From contig KV454018.1 in assembly GCA_001661245.1 (NCBI GenBank), forward strand, positions 183,944 to 247,793: a stretch of DNA of 63,850 bases, in the 5' to 3' direction. The notes beneath the pieces were generated by a model. It was not told where the DNA came from. It made no database searches and saw only the letters and a program-made list of their open reading frames with translations. A program made the translations under genes and the position numbers. The DNA is from Pachysolen tannophilus NRRL Y-2460 (taxonomy: Eukaryota). Shown piece by piece: positions 33,982 through 44,645 of this stretch. How positions within the stretch are numbered: the first letter of the stretch is position 1; the number at the start of each line of letters is the position of its first letter.

Positions 33982-36900
33982 CTAATTTAACCATCCATAA
34001 ACAGCATCAACATTAATAAAAGTTTGATGACAATCTTCAACGACCATCCTCCATTCCGAAATCAAACTTAATAAATCTTTTGCATCACCAACCATGTTCA
34101 AATCAATATCATAATAAGCATTATTAACATTACCAGAGGTTAATCTATAACCAGTCTCGTAAACATTTCTATTAGGTAGTCTACTATATATTTTCTCCAT
34201 GACACCCTTTGTATTCACTAATTCCGAACTAATCACATTAAATTGTTCAAATAATTTTCCTGTCTCTGCTTCCATTTTTTTTAATCTTGACGTCAAGTCA
34301 TGATTATCTGTCTTATTTTGAAGATTTATTATTGATTTAATCAACGTATCCAAGAAAATTGTTAATTTGAAATAATATACCACAGTAAGTGTCGATATAG
34401 GTGACAATGCTTCTGAAAATTTTAATTTCGAATAAAATTCTAATGCATTAGAAATGGAAGATTGTAATTTTTTAGAAAGCCGTGTCAACTTTAATAAGAA
34501 ATCAAATATAAATTCTTCTTCTTCTTCTCTCTTCTTACGATACATGATAAATCTATCCCTCATAAGCCTTTCATCTTTATAATTACTAAACATTTCATTG
34601 ATAAACTCAGATAGTTCAATAACTTCTTTTAAGATGCTGACAAATTTTAAAGGTGCATCTGATAACCTGTTTGCATCATATGCGTAAACAATTGATTTTA
34701 ATTCTTCAACTGATAACATCTGAACAGCAAATGGATAATTAAATTGAGCTCTTAAATTACCAATGTCATTAAACATGAGGCTGGCTTTGAATATGCTATA
34801 ACAATTTTCATAAGTAGGGTCATTAGGTAAGAATCTCGATAAAAATTCATCAGCATTAATTTCTTTCAATTCGAAAATCGATGTAAATTTGGGTATACCA
34901 AAACTTAAGGAATGAATGCTATCCAAAATTACAATCATGAAATACAATCTTGAATATAGAACAATTGAATCATCAAAATCTAAAATTGTGTTACTTGAAA
35001 TCATTTTATTAATATTTTCAAAAACTTTGAAATCATTAAAAATTGAAACAGTTGTGCTTAAACTTAAAGAATATGGCTGTGATGACAAATTTACACAATA
35101 GCTCAATATTACCAACGTTGACAAGAAAATCGATTTGAACATTGGATCGCCAGCAATACACTGTTTCAAAACGGGGTATGATTGATATACTTTTTGAAAT
35201 AACAATCTCGTTTCGCTAATATATCCAGAAGTGGTTTTATTTGGATTATTCATTAATATTAAACTTGATTGGAAAAAATCAATTATAGAAACTTTTTCAT
35301 CAGAATTTAATAATAACGAAACCACGGACTGAATAAAATTTGATTTGTTCAATGGTAAGATTGGGAAATTATTATGATAATTTTCGTAATACGAATTGAT
35401 ATTCTGTTCCAATAAACTGAAATTTAGAGAAAGTTGCGATTGTTGTAATCCATACTGATAGAATGAAACGGTTGGGGCTTGATTCATTGTGGTATTGAAA
35501 CCGCTCAAATTGCTAACTAACATTGAAGGACTAGTTCTCATATTATTGCCATTACCATTACCATTGCCATTGCCATTATTATGTCCATTATTATGGCCAT
35601 TATTGTGACCATTACTATATCCATTTTTACTGTTATGGATGGTATCACTTTTTGCCTTTAACGACTCGTCTACATTAGTTGCACTTAATCTCAGTCTTAG
35701 GTAATCGTCATCTGAATCACTAACAATGGATGAAGTATGATTTCTTGCCAGAGTACTTTTAGCACTTCCGGTATTGTTAAAATTTGCCGGTGAGTATGAA
35801 CCACTTGCCGATGAGACCAACGATTCATTTGAATTTCTTCTCTCTGTATAGGATGAATATTCGTATGGTACTTTCCAAAAATGACTCAGAGTCGGATGTG
35901 GTTGTTGTAGTTGTAATTGTGGCAGCAGTTTATCCAAAGTAGAACCAAAGGACCCACCCAGTTGAACTTGTGTGGTTGATGGTGATCTCGATGAATTATT
36001 TATGTGGGTGGAAGGATTTGTGGTAGTCAAGATCGATGGTGCTGATGATCTTGGTGATAAACTGTTTTGTTGAAATGTGTTTGCTGAAACGGTAGAGGTA
36101 GCGGCAGCTGAGGCAACAGTAGAAGAAGTGGTGGTAGAATTCATTAACGATGATGATGAATGGTGATGATGAGGAGTGGCCATAGCCATAGTATTCGTAC
36201 TCGAATTTTGTAATCCGTCATTTCGCGAATTAGCCGCCGCATTGATTGGCGGTAAAACAATTGTTTCAGCGGTAGTACCTGGGACCGCGTCCGAACCCGA
36301 ACCTGCATCCGCACCCATCCCAGCACCCATCCCCGCCGTTGATGCAGCCAGAACACGGGTACCAACACTGCCGGCCCCAAGGCTGGCGGTGCCAGTAGCG
36401 GTGGAATTTCCAGGAAATGGCGGTAAACGGTGGGAGAATTGTAAATGATGGTTTTGCGAATCCAGATTTTGCAGCAGTCCCTGTTGCAGCAGCGACAGGG
36501 ACTGCGATAACGACAATGACATTGACATCGATTGTGAATGTGAATGCGAGGGTGCTAGTGCCAAGTCAGGGCCGGCCAAATCTAGAGTCAGTCTCTTACC
36601 TTGTATTGAGCCTCTCTTATTGATCTCCACTTTTTCTTCCAAATCTCTTATATAACCTTTCGAAGGTCCTCTTTTCAAAGGTACTCTTGTAAAAGTACAA
36701 ATATCATTTGTCTTTTCACAATTAGCACACGATCTCTCAACCATATTAGACCTTGGACTAAAAGTTGCATCACACCTAATCTTCTTACGTCTACATTCGT
36801 CACACGCCCGTGAAACTTTACTCCTCTTTCTTGGCGGAACATTACTCGTAGCAGCAGCAGCAGCTGATGCTGTCTCTGTTGTCGCTGCTGTTGCCTTTGG

Positions 36901-37041
36901 AGAAGCAGACATACTACTTTCTGTTGTATCTGGGTTATTTAATAAAGACATGATTGGCGTAGTTTGTGTGTGCACTTGCCCAATATTTCTTCCGCCTTGA
37001 ATGTTCCGGTCATCTGCCGACATTTTCTTGTTATACCTCAA
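33982..37041 (-). CDS. RGT1: Zn(II)2Cys6 glucose-responsive regulator Rgt1
   Basis: RKRSKVSRACDECRRKKIRCD...CANC...CTFTRVPLKRGPSKGYI plus the Rgt1-typical FWKVPY motif. Confidence 0.85.
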   Translation of the reverse strand: MRYNKKMSADDRNIQGGRNIGQVHTQTTPIMSLLNNPDTTESSMSASPKATAATTETASAAAAATSNVPPRKRSKVSRACDECRRKKIRCDATFSPRSNMVERSCANCEKTNDICTFTRVPLKRGPSKGYIRDLEEKVEINKRGSIQGKRLTLDLAGPDLALAPSHSHSQSMSMSLSLSQSLSLLQQGLLQNLDSQNHHLQFSHRLPPFPGNSTATGTASLGAGSVGTRVLAASTAGMGAGMGADAGSGSDAVPGTTAETIVLPPINAAANSRNDGLQNSSTNTMAMATPHHHHSSSSLMNSTTTSSTVASAAATSTVSANTFQQNSLSPRSSAPSILTTTNPSTHINNSSRSPSTTQVQLGGSFGSTLDKLLPQLQLQQPHPTLSHFWKVPYEYSSYTERRNSNESLVSSASGSYSPANFNNTGSAKSTLARNHTSSIVSDSDDDYLRLRLSATNVDESLKAKSDTIHNSKNGYSNGHNNGHNNGHNNGNGNGNGNGNNMRTSPSMLVSNLSGFNTTMNQAPTVSFYQYGLQQSQLSLNFSLLEQNINSYYENYHNNFPILPLNKSNFIQSVVSLLLNSDEKVSIIDFFQSSLILMNNPNKTTSGYISETRLLFQKVYQSYPVLKQCIAGDPMFKSIFLSTLVILSYCVNLSSQPYSLSLSTTVSIFNDFKVFENINKMISSNTILDFDDSIVLYSRLYFMIVILDSIHSLSFGIPKFTSIFELKEINADEFLSRFLPNDPTYENCYSIFKASLMFNDIGNLRAQFNYPFAVQMLSVEELKSIVYAYDANRLSDAPLKFVSILKEVIELSEFINEMFSNYKDERLMRDRFIMYRKKREEEEEFIFDFLLKLTRLSKKLQSSISNALEFYSKLKFSEALSPISTLTVVYYFKLTIFLDTLIKSIINLQNKTDNHDLTSRLKKMEAETGKLFEQFNVISSELVNTKGVMEKIYSRLPNRNVYETGYRLTSGNVNNAYYDIDLNMVGDAKDLLSLISEWRMVVEDCHQTFINVDAVYGWLN

Positions 37042-37247
37042 TAATCAATCTATTTTTTCGGTAAGATTTTTTTTATTTTCTTTCTTTCTTTCTTCCTATT
37101 TATTTTGGATAAGAGAAAGTTATTATTTTTGCTCAGCAAAAATAAAAACACTTTCCAAAACAACTGGTAAAATTAATAAAATCTTTTATAAAAGCGTTTA
37201 TTAAAGCTGAAACATATATATATTAATTATGAGTTCAAATTTACTAC

Positions 37248-37766
37248 GGGAAAAAAATTTAAAAAAATTAAAAAAATATGATGGAAAAATGCGAACGGGA
37301 ATTTTTCCAATTTTTATACGTAATCATCCAGGCTTTAAGGAAAAATCCCCAGAAATTTTAAGCGTGAGCCTATTATAATCGTTATACACAAAGAAAAAAA
37401 TGAAAAAATGAAAACAAAGGGCAAATTTGCCCTTTGTTTTTTATTTTTTTTATTTAAAATTTTGTGGGGTACCATTTTCCCGGGTTAACTTTTGCCGTTA
37501 CTCATTTCAAGCGCAAGGTATTAAATTATTAAATTATGATAACGTAATAACGTAATAACGTAATAACGTAGTACAAATTACAAAATACAAAGTTTAAATT
37601 ACTAAGTACTAAGTATTAAATACAAGGGACTAAATAAAACTTTATATATTTCTGCCCTTCCTCCAATACCGATTAACCAATTTATTTGAAATTTTTCCGA
37701 AACGTCGCATTACGTAAGTTAATAATTGTAATCCGAGATTTTTTGATTACTGATCTCATCTGGGGC
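37248..37766. promoter_or_regulatory. Divergent RGT1/EAP1-like promoter with CGG-A-tract and Mig1-like sites
   Basis: CGGGAAAA 37248, CGGGAATT 37296, TTTTCCCG ~37476, TTTTTCCG ~37692. Mig1-like CCCCAG ~37347, TTTTGTGGGG ~37460 and CTGGGG ~37760. Confidence 0.45.
37411..37440. repeat. Perfect 30-bp palindrome
   Basis: AAAACAAAGGGCAAATTTGCCCTTTGTTTT equals its own reverse complement. Confidence 0.95.
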
Positions 37767-37944
37767 TAGAGCGCGGTTAATGAAGAGCGATCGATGAGTT
37801 TTACTTTTAATAATAATAATAATAATAATTTAATTATCTAGACTTGTATTGAATTTATAAGTTGTTTTTCTTTTTTATTCTCTTTTTTTGTTGGAATATT
37901 TGTTTGATTGGAGGTATATTCTAAAAGAGAGTGATTGAAGGAGA

Positions 37945-39766
37945 ATGTGTGAGGCGGTTACTGATTCGATGTTGAAGTTGCATCAAGAAATTGTTTCTTG
38001 TGAAGCAGAGCCATCGGCGCTTAATAATAATAATAATAGTAGTAGGACAAGGTATTCTATTGATCAATTATTGAATTTAAAAGATGAGTCTTTTGGAGCG
38101 CCCAATTTCGGTTTACGAGAACGGAATATTATTAATGCTATTGATGATTCTTTCTGGAGGTTGAACAAGTTAGTTTTTACCGGGGAAATCGTGGTGTTTC
38201 GATAACGCCAATACTTTTGTTCAAGCTGGTACGAGTACTAACAACTATCGTTCTCTTTTTTTTTTTTTTCTTATTATTATTATTATTATTAGATATGGGA
38301 AGCAGAAAGCAGGAAAGTTTAGAAATTTGAACAACCTTGATACCTCTTCAGTTGGTCGTCATTATTCCAAGAGCCCGATTATCACAGGCAAAGTTTGGAT
38401 GGATGATAGAAATAATAATAATAATAGTAACAATAAGAAAGTGACATCATCTAATTTTGCAAGCGGTAAGGAAAATTTACCAATATGTATTGATGAAAAT
38501 GGAGATCCACAAGCTGGTAAAGTGCAAACACATAATATTGGTGTTAAAAAATTTATATTCAACGATAATGCTGTGGAATCAGCACAGATTTTTAACCCTT
38601 CAATCTCTTACGATAACGGCGCTAACCATAGGATGGCTCCTATTATTCGCTACGACTCCACAGATAGTTTTAAGCTGGAATCTACAGATTCAACCCCATT
38701 GTCTGAATGTGAAAAAAACGATTCCAAGGGAAACAGGAAAGTTTTTAATCCTCAATATCCGCTGGAGTTTGAACTTGCACAAACTTTATCACAACAACAA
38801 GATACAATGCAAAATCCAAGAGAGTCTCTTCATTCTAATTATTATGCTAATCCAATAAACTCATTTTATTCCCTTGTACAACAGCCTTCATCTCCATCTT
38901 CTCATTCAACAAATTCTTCTTTCCAGAATCACCCTCGCCCTGCTTTTTTATTTCAAGGAAACTGCTTGTATCCAACACACCAGCATCCAGCACCTCATCA
39001 TCCAACACACCATCACCCAACACACCATCATCCAGCACAAATTCCTTACTTCAAAGAGGACCACATCCATTATCATTCTGATTCAGAGCTGATTCTTAAC
39101 TCACGAAACCAATATCCAAGAGGAATGGTTCTTGTCAGTAGTGCACTGCCAAACCTGCTGCAACAACTGTTACCACCAGTTCCATCTTCTCCATTTGTTA
39201 CTGGACCAATGCATCTACATCTGCATCAGCCCCCACCTGGCCCACAACAGACTCATAGGTATGGCTATATTCCAAATGCTTCATCTAATTGTCATCATTA
39301 TCACCATCATCACCGCAATCATAATAGATCTTTTCTCCCACCACCACCTCCACCTCCTCCTGAATTTCTGATTAATACTTTAGGTAACGGCAGTTCAGTA
39401 CCGATTCCAATGCCAATTCCAATTTACCCCCCTGGTGTTATACATAACGGTGAATTTTTCCCAGTCACTCATTCTGCTAATTCATCTTCTCACGAATGTT
39501 TTGATGAAGAGGATTCTGCAAATACCCATAATACCGCCGATGCCGCTGCCAATCCCATTAGATATTCAAGTTCCATGGCTACAACCTGTTACGATGCTGA
39601 TCAAATAACATATCGTCTGACTAGTGATATTGATAAGATAGCGGGTATTAACAATAACAACTCAGGATGCTCTGTTATTGATAAATTGAATGCAGAAGAA
39701 GAATCTAATTACAATGATTCAACAAGCAATGGCTCGAGTAATACTATTATCATCAAGATCGATTAA
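37945..39766 (+). CDS. EAP1: Eap1-like eIF4E-binding protein; exon 1 37945-38168, intron 38169-38292, exon 2 38293-39766
   Basis: GTTAGT donor, TACTAAC branch (38236-38242) and T-rich TAG acceptor join two track ORFs in frame. Exon 1 carries the 4E-binding motif YSIDQLL (YxxxxL-phi) followed by FWRL, as in yeast Eap1; the C-terminal part is Pro/His-rich. Confidence 0.62.
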
Positions 39767-40022
39767 TGTGCTTCTACATAACTTAATATTTCGTTTTGCA
39801 TTGCTTCTGAATTTTTTTTTTTTTTCTTAATAGCTGCATTCTTTATCATTTTCATTTTTTTTTTTTTTTCACCATTTGCTACTTTCCAACATGATTGAGT
39901 TGAGAAATATAATATTTAATACGTAACTTTCTGGCTTTTCAAATTTCATAAATCCTTCTATTATTTATCAATCTATTTATATATATATATCTACAAAAAA
40001 AAAAAAAACCTCCCCATTTGAC

Positions 40023-41948
40023 TTAATTTTTGTTTGCCATTTTCTCATTCCATTTTTCATATTCTTCTTTAAAAACTATTTGACTAAATGCATTTTTCTT
40101 ATGATACGATCTATTAGCATTACTAAACTCAATCATTTTTGCAATTTCCTCGCTAGATAAATTTTGTAAACACAACAGCGATATAGATCTGAGTTCTTTT
40201 ACACCAATTTGAGGATTTATAAAAGCTTGTCTAAACAATGAAATCATTAAATTATTGGAATCTGTTATTTCTTTTAAATCATTCAGGAAAATACAATACA
40301 CTAAATTCTTGTATAAACTGTTTGAAAATGCATTTGAATTAAAAATTTTGATTTCCAAATTAACTCTGCTCTTTTCAGAAACAGAGTATAATAATTTTTT
40401 TAAAAACATGAATTGTGAATTTCTATTAATTCCACTTGGAAAACGTTTTTGATCCCATTTGGTGATTTCATCAACAGTTGACATCATTGCTTTATAATTC
40501 AAAGAAGATTCAATCATCAAATCTACTACTTTTTCAATAAATTTATCTTTGTTTTCTATTGTGGGATATTTCAGAAATAAATATTTTTCCAACGCGTAAG
40601 TATTGTTCAAATTAATTAATATCTTTATATACAATTCTTCATCTAATTGTGTTGTATCAATTCCTCTATATTTCAATTTGTTGAAAAAACTATTGAAGTT
40701 TGAAGAAAGGTATAACTTACCACTTGGACGTTGAAATTTGTAATCACTTGTTAAAACTCGAAAATATGTTTCTATTAATCCAGTAAACGAATCAGTAAAT
40801 AATTTCACCGGATTTTCATTGTTTTCGATAAAAGAAACTAAAGAATTAAATTCCTGTTCATGTTGAATAAATGGTAACAAAGAATCAATTATTTTTTTTG
40901 TCAAGTATTTATTGTATACAGTATTGAAATTTTTTGTCAAAACGTTAAACTTAGCAAATGAGCTTCCATTCATCTTTTTGCTTACTATTGAAGTTGACAA
41001 TATCTGTATATAATTCTCTAAAGTTGATATCTTGGGTAAAAACTTGTTATTCAACAATAAATCTATAAAATCTTTTGCACGAGTTAATTGGTCATATTTT
41101 AAACATAAATCAATAATGTCATTAACCAAGAAAGGACCAAAATTCTGTAATAAAATTTTAGGCGGGAATTCTTTTAAAAAATTTTCAAAGCAATTAAATG
41201 AATTTAAGTTCCCTGGACTCATATTATACAACAATAAATTTACAAAATTAAAAATAATACCATCAAGTGATTTGTTTATTTTTGGTAAATTGACAATAAC
41301 ATAGTTACATAATGATTGATAAATTACATGATGATGGTGATTATTGGACAAATTTTGTAACATAAAAATAACCAAATGATTAAACTGAATTGAAAATCTA
41401 TCAGATTTAGAAGGGTTAAAAGATATTTGTGAATCATTTTCAAATAAATTTGTCAATTTTTCCAAAGACCAATCAAATTGATCATCATTTATCAAACTAA
41501 GTATACGATTTGATAAAACCTCATTATTTAAATTAACCTTAAAATCTTGATACTCCAAATCCAAAGAATCAACTGGTTTCAAAATTAATTCATTTTTATC
41601 TTTATAACCTTGATAATACCAATTCAAAAAATTTTTACCATCCCTAAAACTTAATTTCGAATTCAAATCAATTTCGTTCGTATTCAAATTGATTTTGAAA
41701 ACGTTAAAGTCTGAATCAGTGGGATCTTTCAACGAAAGCTGCAATATCTCTAAATCATTCAATTTGAACAATGGGTTCATCATATGGTCATTATTAATGA
41801 AAACAGTCTTCTTTACATCATTTGGAGTAATGTATTTTTCCAAATCTTCAACTTGTAAATTCTCATTCTTTGTGAAAACAGTAGAAAAAGACCTGAAAAC
41901 AAACAGATCATTCAACAAAACTGATCTGAAATTACTAGGCCTCAACAT
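40023..41948 (-). CDS. Probable mitochondrial alpha-helical protein (possibly a translational activator or RNA-binding factor)
   Basis: 641-aa ORF with a presequence-like N-terminus (MLRPSNFRSVLL...FRSFST) and a PPR-like helix pair (NDIIDLCLKYDQLTRAKDFIDLL). No diagnostic family motif recognised. Confidence 0.6.
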   Translation of the reverse strand: MLRPSNFRSVLLNDLFVFRSFSTVFTKNENLQVEDLEKYITPNDVKKTVFINNDHMMNPLFKLNDLEILQLSLKDPTDSDFNVFKINLNTNEIDLNSKLSFRDGKNFLNWYYQGYKDKNELILKPVDSLDLEYQDFKVNLNNEVLSNRILSLINDDQFDWSLEKLTNLFENDSQISFNPSKSDRFSIQFNHLVIFMLQNLSNNHHHHVIYQSLCNYVIVNLPKINKSLDGIIFNFVNLLLYNMSPGNLNSFNCFENFLKEFPPKILLQNFGPFLVNDIIDLCLKYDQLTRAKDFIDLLLNNKFLPKISTLENYIQILSTSIVSKKMNGSSFAKFNVLTKNFNTVYNKYLTKKIIDSLLPFIQHEQEFNSLVSFIENNENPVKLFTDSFTGLIETYFRVLTSDYKFQRPSGKLYLSSNFNSFFNKLKYRGIDTTQLDEELYIKILINLNNTYALEKYLFLKYPTIENKDKFIEKVVDLMIESSLNYKAMMSTVDEITKWDQKRFPSGINRNSQFMFLKKLLYSVSEKSRVNLEIKIFNSNAFSNSLYKNLVYCIFLNDLKEITDSNNLMISLFRQAFINPQIGVKELRSISLLCLQNLSSEEIAKMIEFSNANRSYHKKNAFSQIVFKEEYEKWNEKMANKN

Positions 41949-42169
41949 TTCTCCCTTCTCCTATACTTATTCCTCCTTCCTAAAGATAAATTAAAACTCT
42001 TGTTTCGTTGTCGATTCTTCATATATTAATTGTGATGAAAAAAAAAATGAAAAAAAAATTTAAAAAATTAAAAAATTAAAAAACTGTGGAAAACATCAAA
42101 ACTGTTTAAAAAGCAATAAATAATTTTGTATTGAGTGGAATAGTTGGTAGTTTCAACTACAGTTTTGAG

Positions 42170-44413
42170 ATGTCCCTGGATACAGGAAGGGAGGAGGTCC
42201 AGCAGCAAGAGGAAGGAGGGTCTTCATTGAAGAGATTGTTATCAAAGACAAATAATGACGGTGGTAGCGTCGTAGATGAAAAGAACAAGAAGCCAAAACA
42301 AAGAAGAAATCGAAGGTCTTTCTCATGTCTGGTTTGTAAGAAGTATAAAACGAGATGTGATTTTGAGATAGAATTGGGGAAATGTCATAGATGTTATAAG
42401 TTGAGATTGGACTGTTCTTTGAGCAATGAATTACAAGGTGAAATCAATCAATTAAATGCTAAGAAATTAAGCCAAGCGGACGAGAAAAGTGATAATTTAA
42501 GTGATATCATAAATAGGTTATCAAGAGTTGAGGAAAATGTTCACCCTTTGACAGGGAAAATTGATTTAATATTGAATCTTCTAGATGAAGACAAAGATCA
42601 TAATAATAAACAATTGAGAAAATTAGGGAAAAATACTACTGCTACTTCGTTAATAAATCCAGTAATGGCAGCTGAAGCTGCTGAAAGTATTTCCAATTTA
42701 TTTTCAACACGAATTTCAAATGATTTTGATAATATTGGAATTGGTAAGAGCAATAGTGGTGTGATACCCTTTCCAACTGATTTGAATATAAATGATGTTC
42801 CAAATATTTTTAGCAGTACTATATCAAATTCTCATGATAAGTATTTAGATAAATATGCTAGTCAAGCACCGCTAAATGTTATTAAAAATCTTGACAAGAA
42901 ATTGTTTAATAGGGTTAGCAAATATGATCCATTAAAATTGGCATGTAAAGAATTTTTAGACTTTTATTTTGCAAATGAACAATTATGTCTTGATTTAGCA
43001 AAATCGTTTTTAGAGATATCGCATTTTTGGATTATTCCTGGTGGTTTAAAAGAATTGGATAGATCTTATGTCATTGATCATCCTTTTATAACTTGTGTTT
43101 TTGTCACTTTAGCCATGTGTTTTGATGAAAACTATAACTATGTCGAAGAACAAAAAAAATTATATTCTTTGACTACAAAATTGTTAGGTATTGCATTGGT
43201 AACTGACCCATTAACAGATCAAGATATAGAAGCTATATTATACCTTTCTTTGTACAATATTTCAAGGAAACCAAAACAACCTCAGATAGACAATTGGTTT
43301 TTAGCAAGTGCTGGTATAAAGCACTTTATGTTATCTTTAAATTTTAACGAGATACGAAATAGGGTCGTAATTTATAATAGATATGAGAACTTTGATATTT
43401 ACAGACTTAGAGTTTGGAATTCATTATGTGCTTGCTATTTTCAAGCATCAATTGGATATGGAAGACCAGTAATGCTATCAAAAGAATATTTTGATATTCA
43501 TCAACTAACTTTGAAATTTCCAAATGCTACCATTGGAGATGCGATTAAAGTTGCCGAACTAGAATTAAATATTATTGTGTTAAAAATATTAGATAATTTG
43601 AATTATTATTTTGAAAATATCAAGCAATTTGATGATATCAAAAAAGATCATTATAATGGCCATACAACTGGTGTAGAAAATGTTCTAACATTCAAAGAAT
43701 TGGATTATTGGAAGCTCAAATGGGATGGATTAATTAAAAGAGATATATCAAGTATATTATTATTTTCATATAATTTTTTTTATGTTATGCTTTCCCGAAG
43801 ATACTTGATATTTATTGAAGAGGCACCAACTTCCCCCAAAATACCAACTTTAAAAGATTTTAAAAAATTTAAAATTTACAATACTTGCTATCATCATTCA
43901 ATAATGACTTTACAAAGATTTTTAGAATTACCATCTTCAATCATAAAAGGTTCTCCAACATTCTCTTTAAATCAAATTGTATATGCATGTATGACATTGT
44001 GTGATATTATGAAATCTTTTAAAAATGCAGAATTTTATGAAACATCAATAAACTTAATTACTAAAATTTATTGGAATTTGACTCATATTGGTGAAAAGAA
44101 AAATGATGCAACCGATACTGTAGGTAGAATTATTAAGAATTTGGTTGATGATACCAAAAAAAAACATGATCAGCTGGAAGCAAATGATTATAATGATGAT
44201 ATTAGTAATATTTCACCTTTGGATAATATTAAAACAAGTCCCAACAATCCTGTCTATGAGTCTTTTAATGCTGGAAATAGCTCATCTTCATCTTCGCAAT
44301 ATCATTTTAGATCTCCTTCTTCTGCAAATTTGAATTCTGTATTTGAAACGGGCGTACCCGATGTGTCACAGTTTGATTCATTTGAAGATTTCTTTTCAGG
44401 TATTTTCAAATAA
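42170..44413 (+). CDS. URC2: Zn(II)2Cys6 transcription factor Urc2-like
   Basis: SCLVCKKYKTRCDFEIELGKCHRCYKLRLDCSL and FLEISHFWIIPGG, typical of YDR520C/Urc2. First ATG at 42170. Confidence 0.8.
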   Translation: MSLDTGREEVQQQEEGGSSLKRLLSKTNNDGGSVVDEKNKKPKQRRNRRSFSCLVCKKYKTRCDFEIELGKCHRCYKLRLDCSLSNELQGEINQLNAKKLSQADEKSDNLSDIINRLSRVEENVHPLTGKIDLILNLLDEDKDHNNKQLRKLGKNTTATSLINPVMAAEAAESISNLFSTRISNDFDNIGIGKSNSGVIPFPTDLNINDVPNIFSSTISNSHDKYLDKYASQAPLNVIKNLDKKLFNRVSKYDPLKLACKEFLDFYFANEQLCLDLAKSFLEISHFWIIPGGLKELDRSYVIDHPFITCVFVTLAMCFDENYNYVEEQKKLYSLTTKLLGIALVTDPLTDQDIEAILYLSLYNISRKPKQPQIDNWFLASAGIKHFMLSLNFNEIRNRVVIYNRYENFDIYRLRVWNSLCACYFQASIGYGRPVMLSKEYFDIHQLTLKFPNATIGDAIKVAELELNIIVLKILDNLNYYFENIKQFDDIKKDHYNGHTTGVENVLTFKELDYWKLKWDGLIKRDISSILLFSYNFFYVMLSRRYLIFIEEAPTSPKIPTLKDFKKFKIYNTCYHHSIMTLQRFLELPSSIIKGSPTFSLNQIVYACMTLCDIMKSFKNAEFYETSINLITKIYWNLTHIGEKKNDATDTVGRIIKNLVDDTKKKHDQLEANDYNDDISNISPLDNIKTSPNNPVYESFNAGNSSSSSSQYHFRSPSSANLNSVFETGVPDVSQFDSFEDFFSGIFK

Positions 44414-44645
44414 GTTTTATTTATTTTATTTTTTTTTTTTTATTTTTTTTTTTTTATTTTTTTTTTTTTATTTTTTTTTTTTTTCAAAAATGAAAGACAT
44501 TTCTGTTTTATAGAATCCAAAACATTATATTCTGTGTATTATTTATTATTGAGCTTTTCATTACATCATAGAACCAAGAAACCTATCTAGGAGGAGGAAA
44601 GTCTATTTAAAAAAAAGAAAGAAAGAAAAAACAAATTCTAAATCT

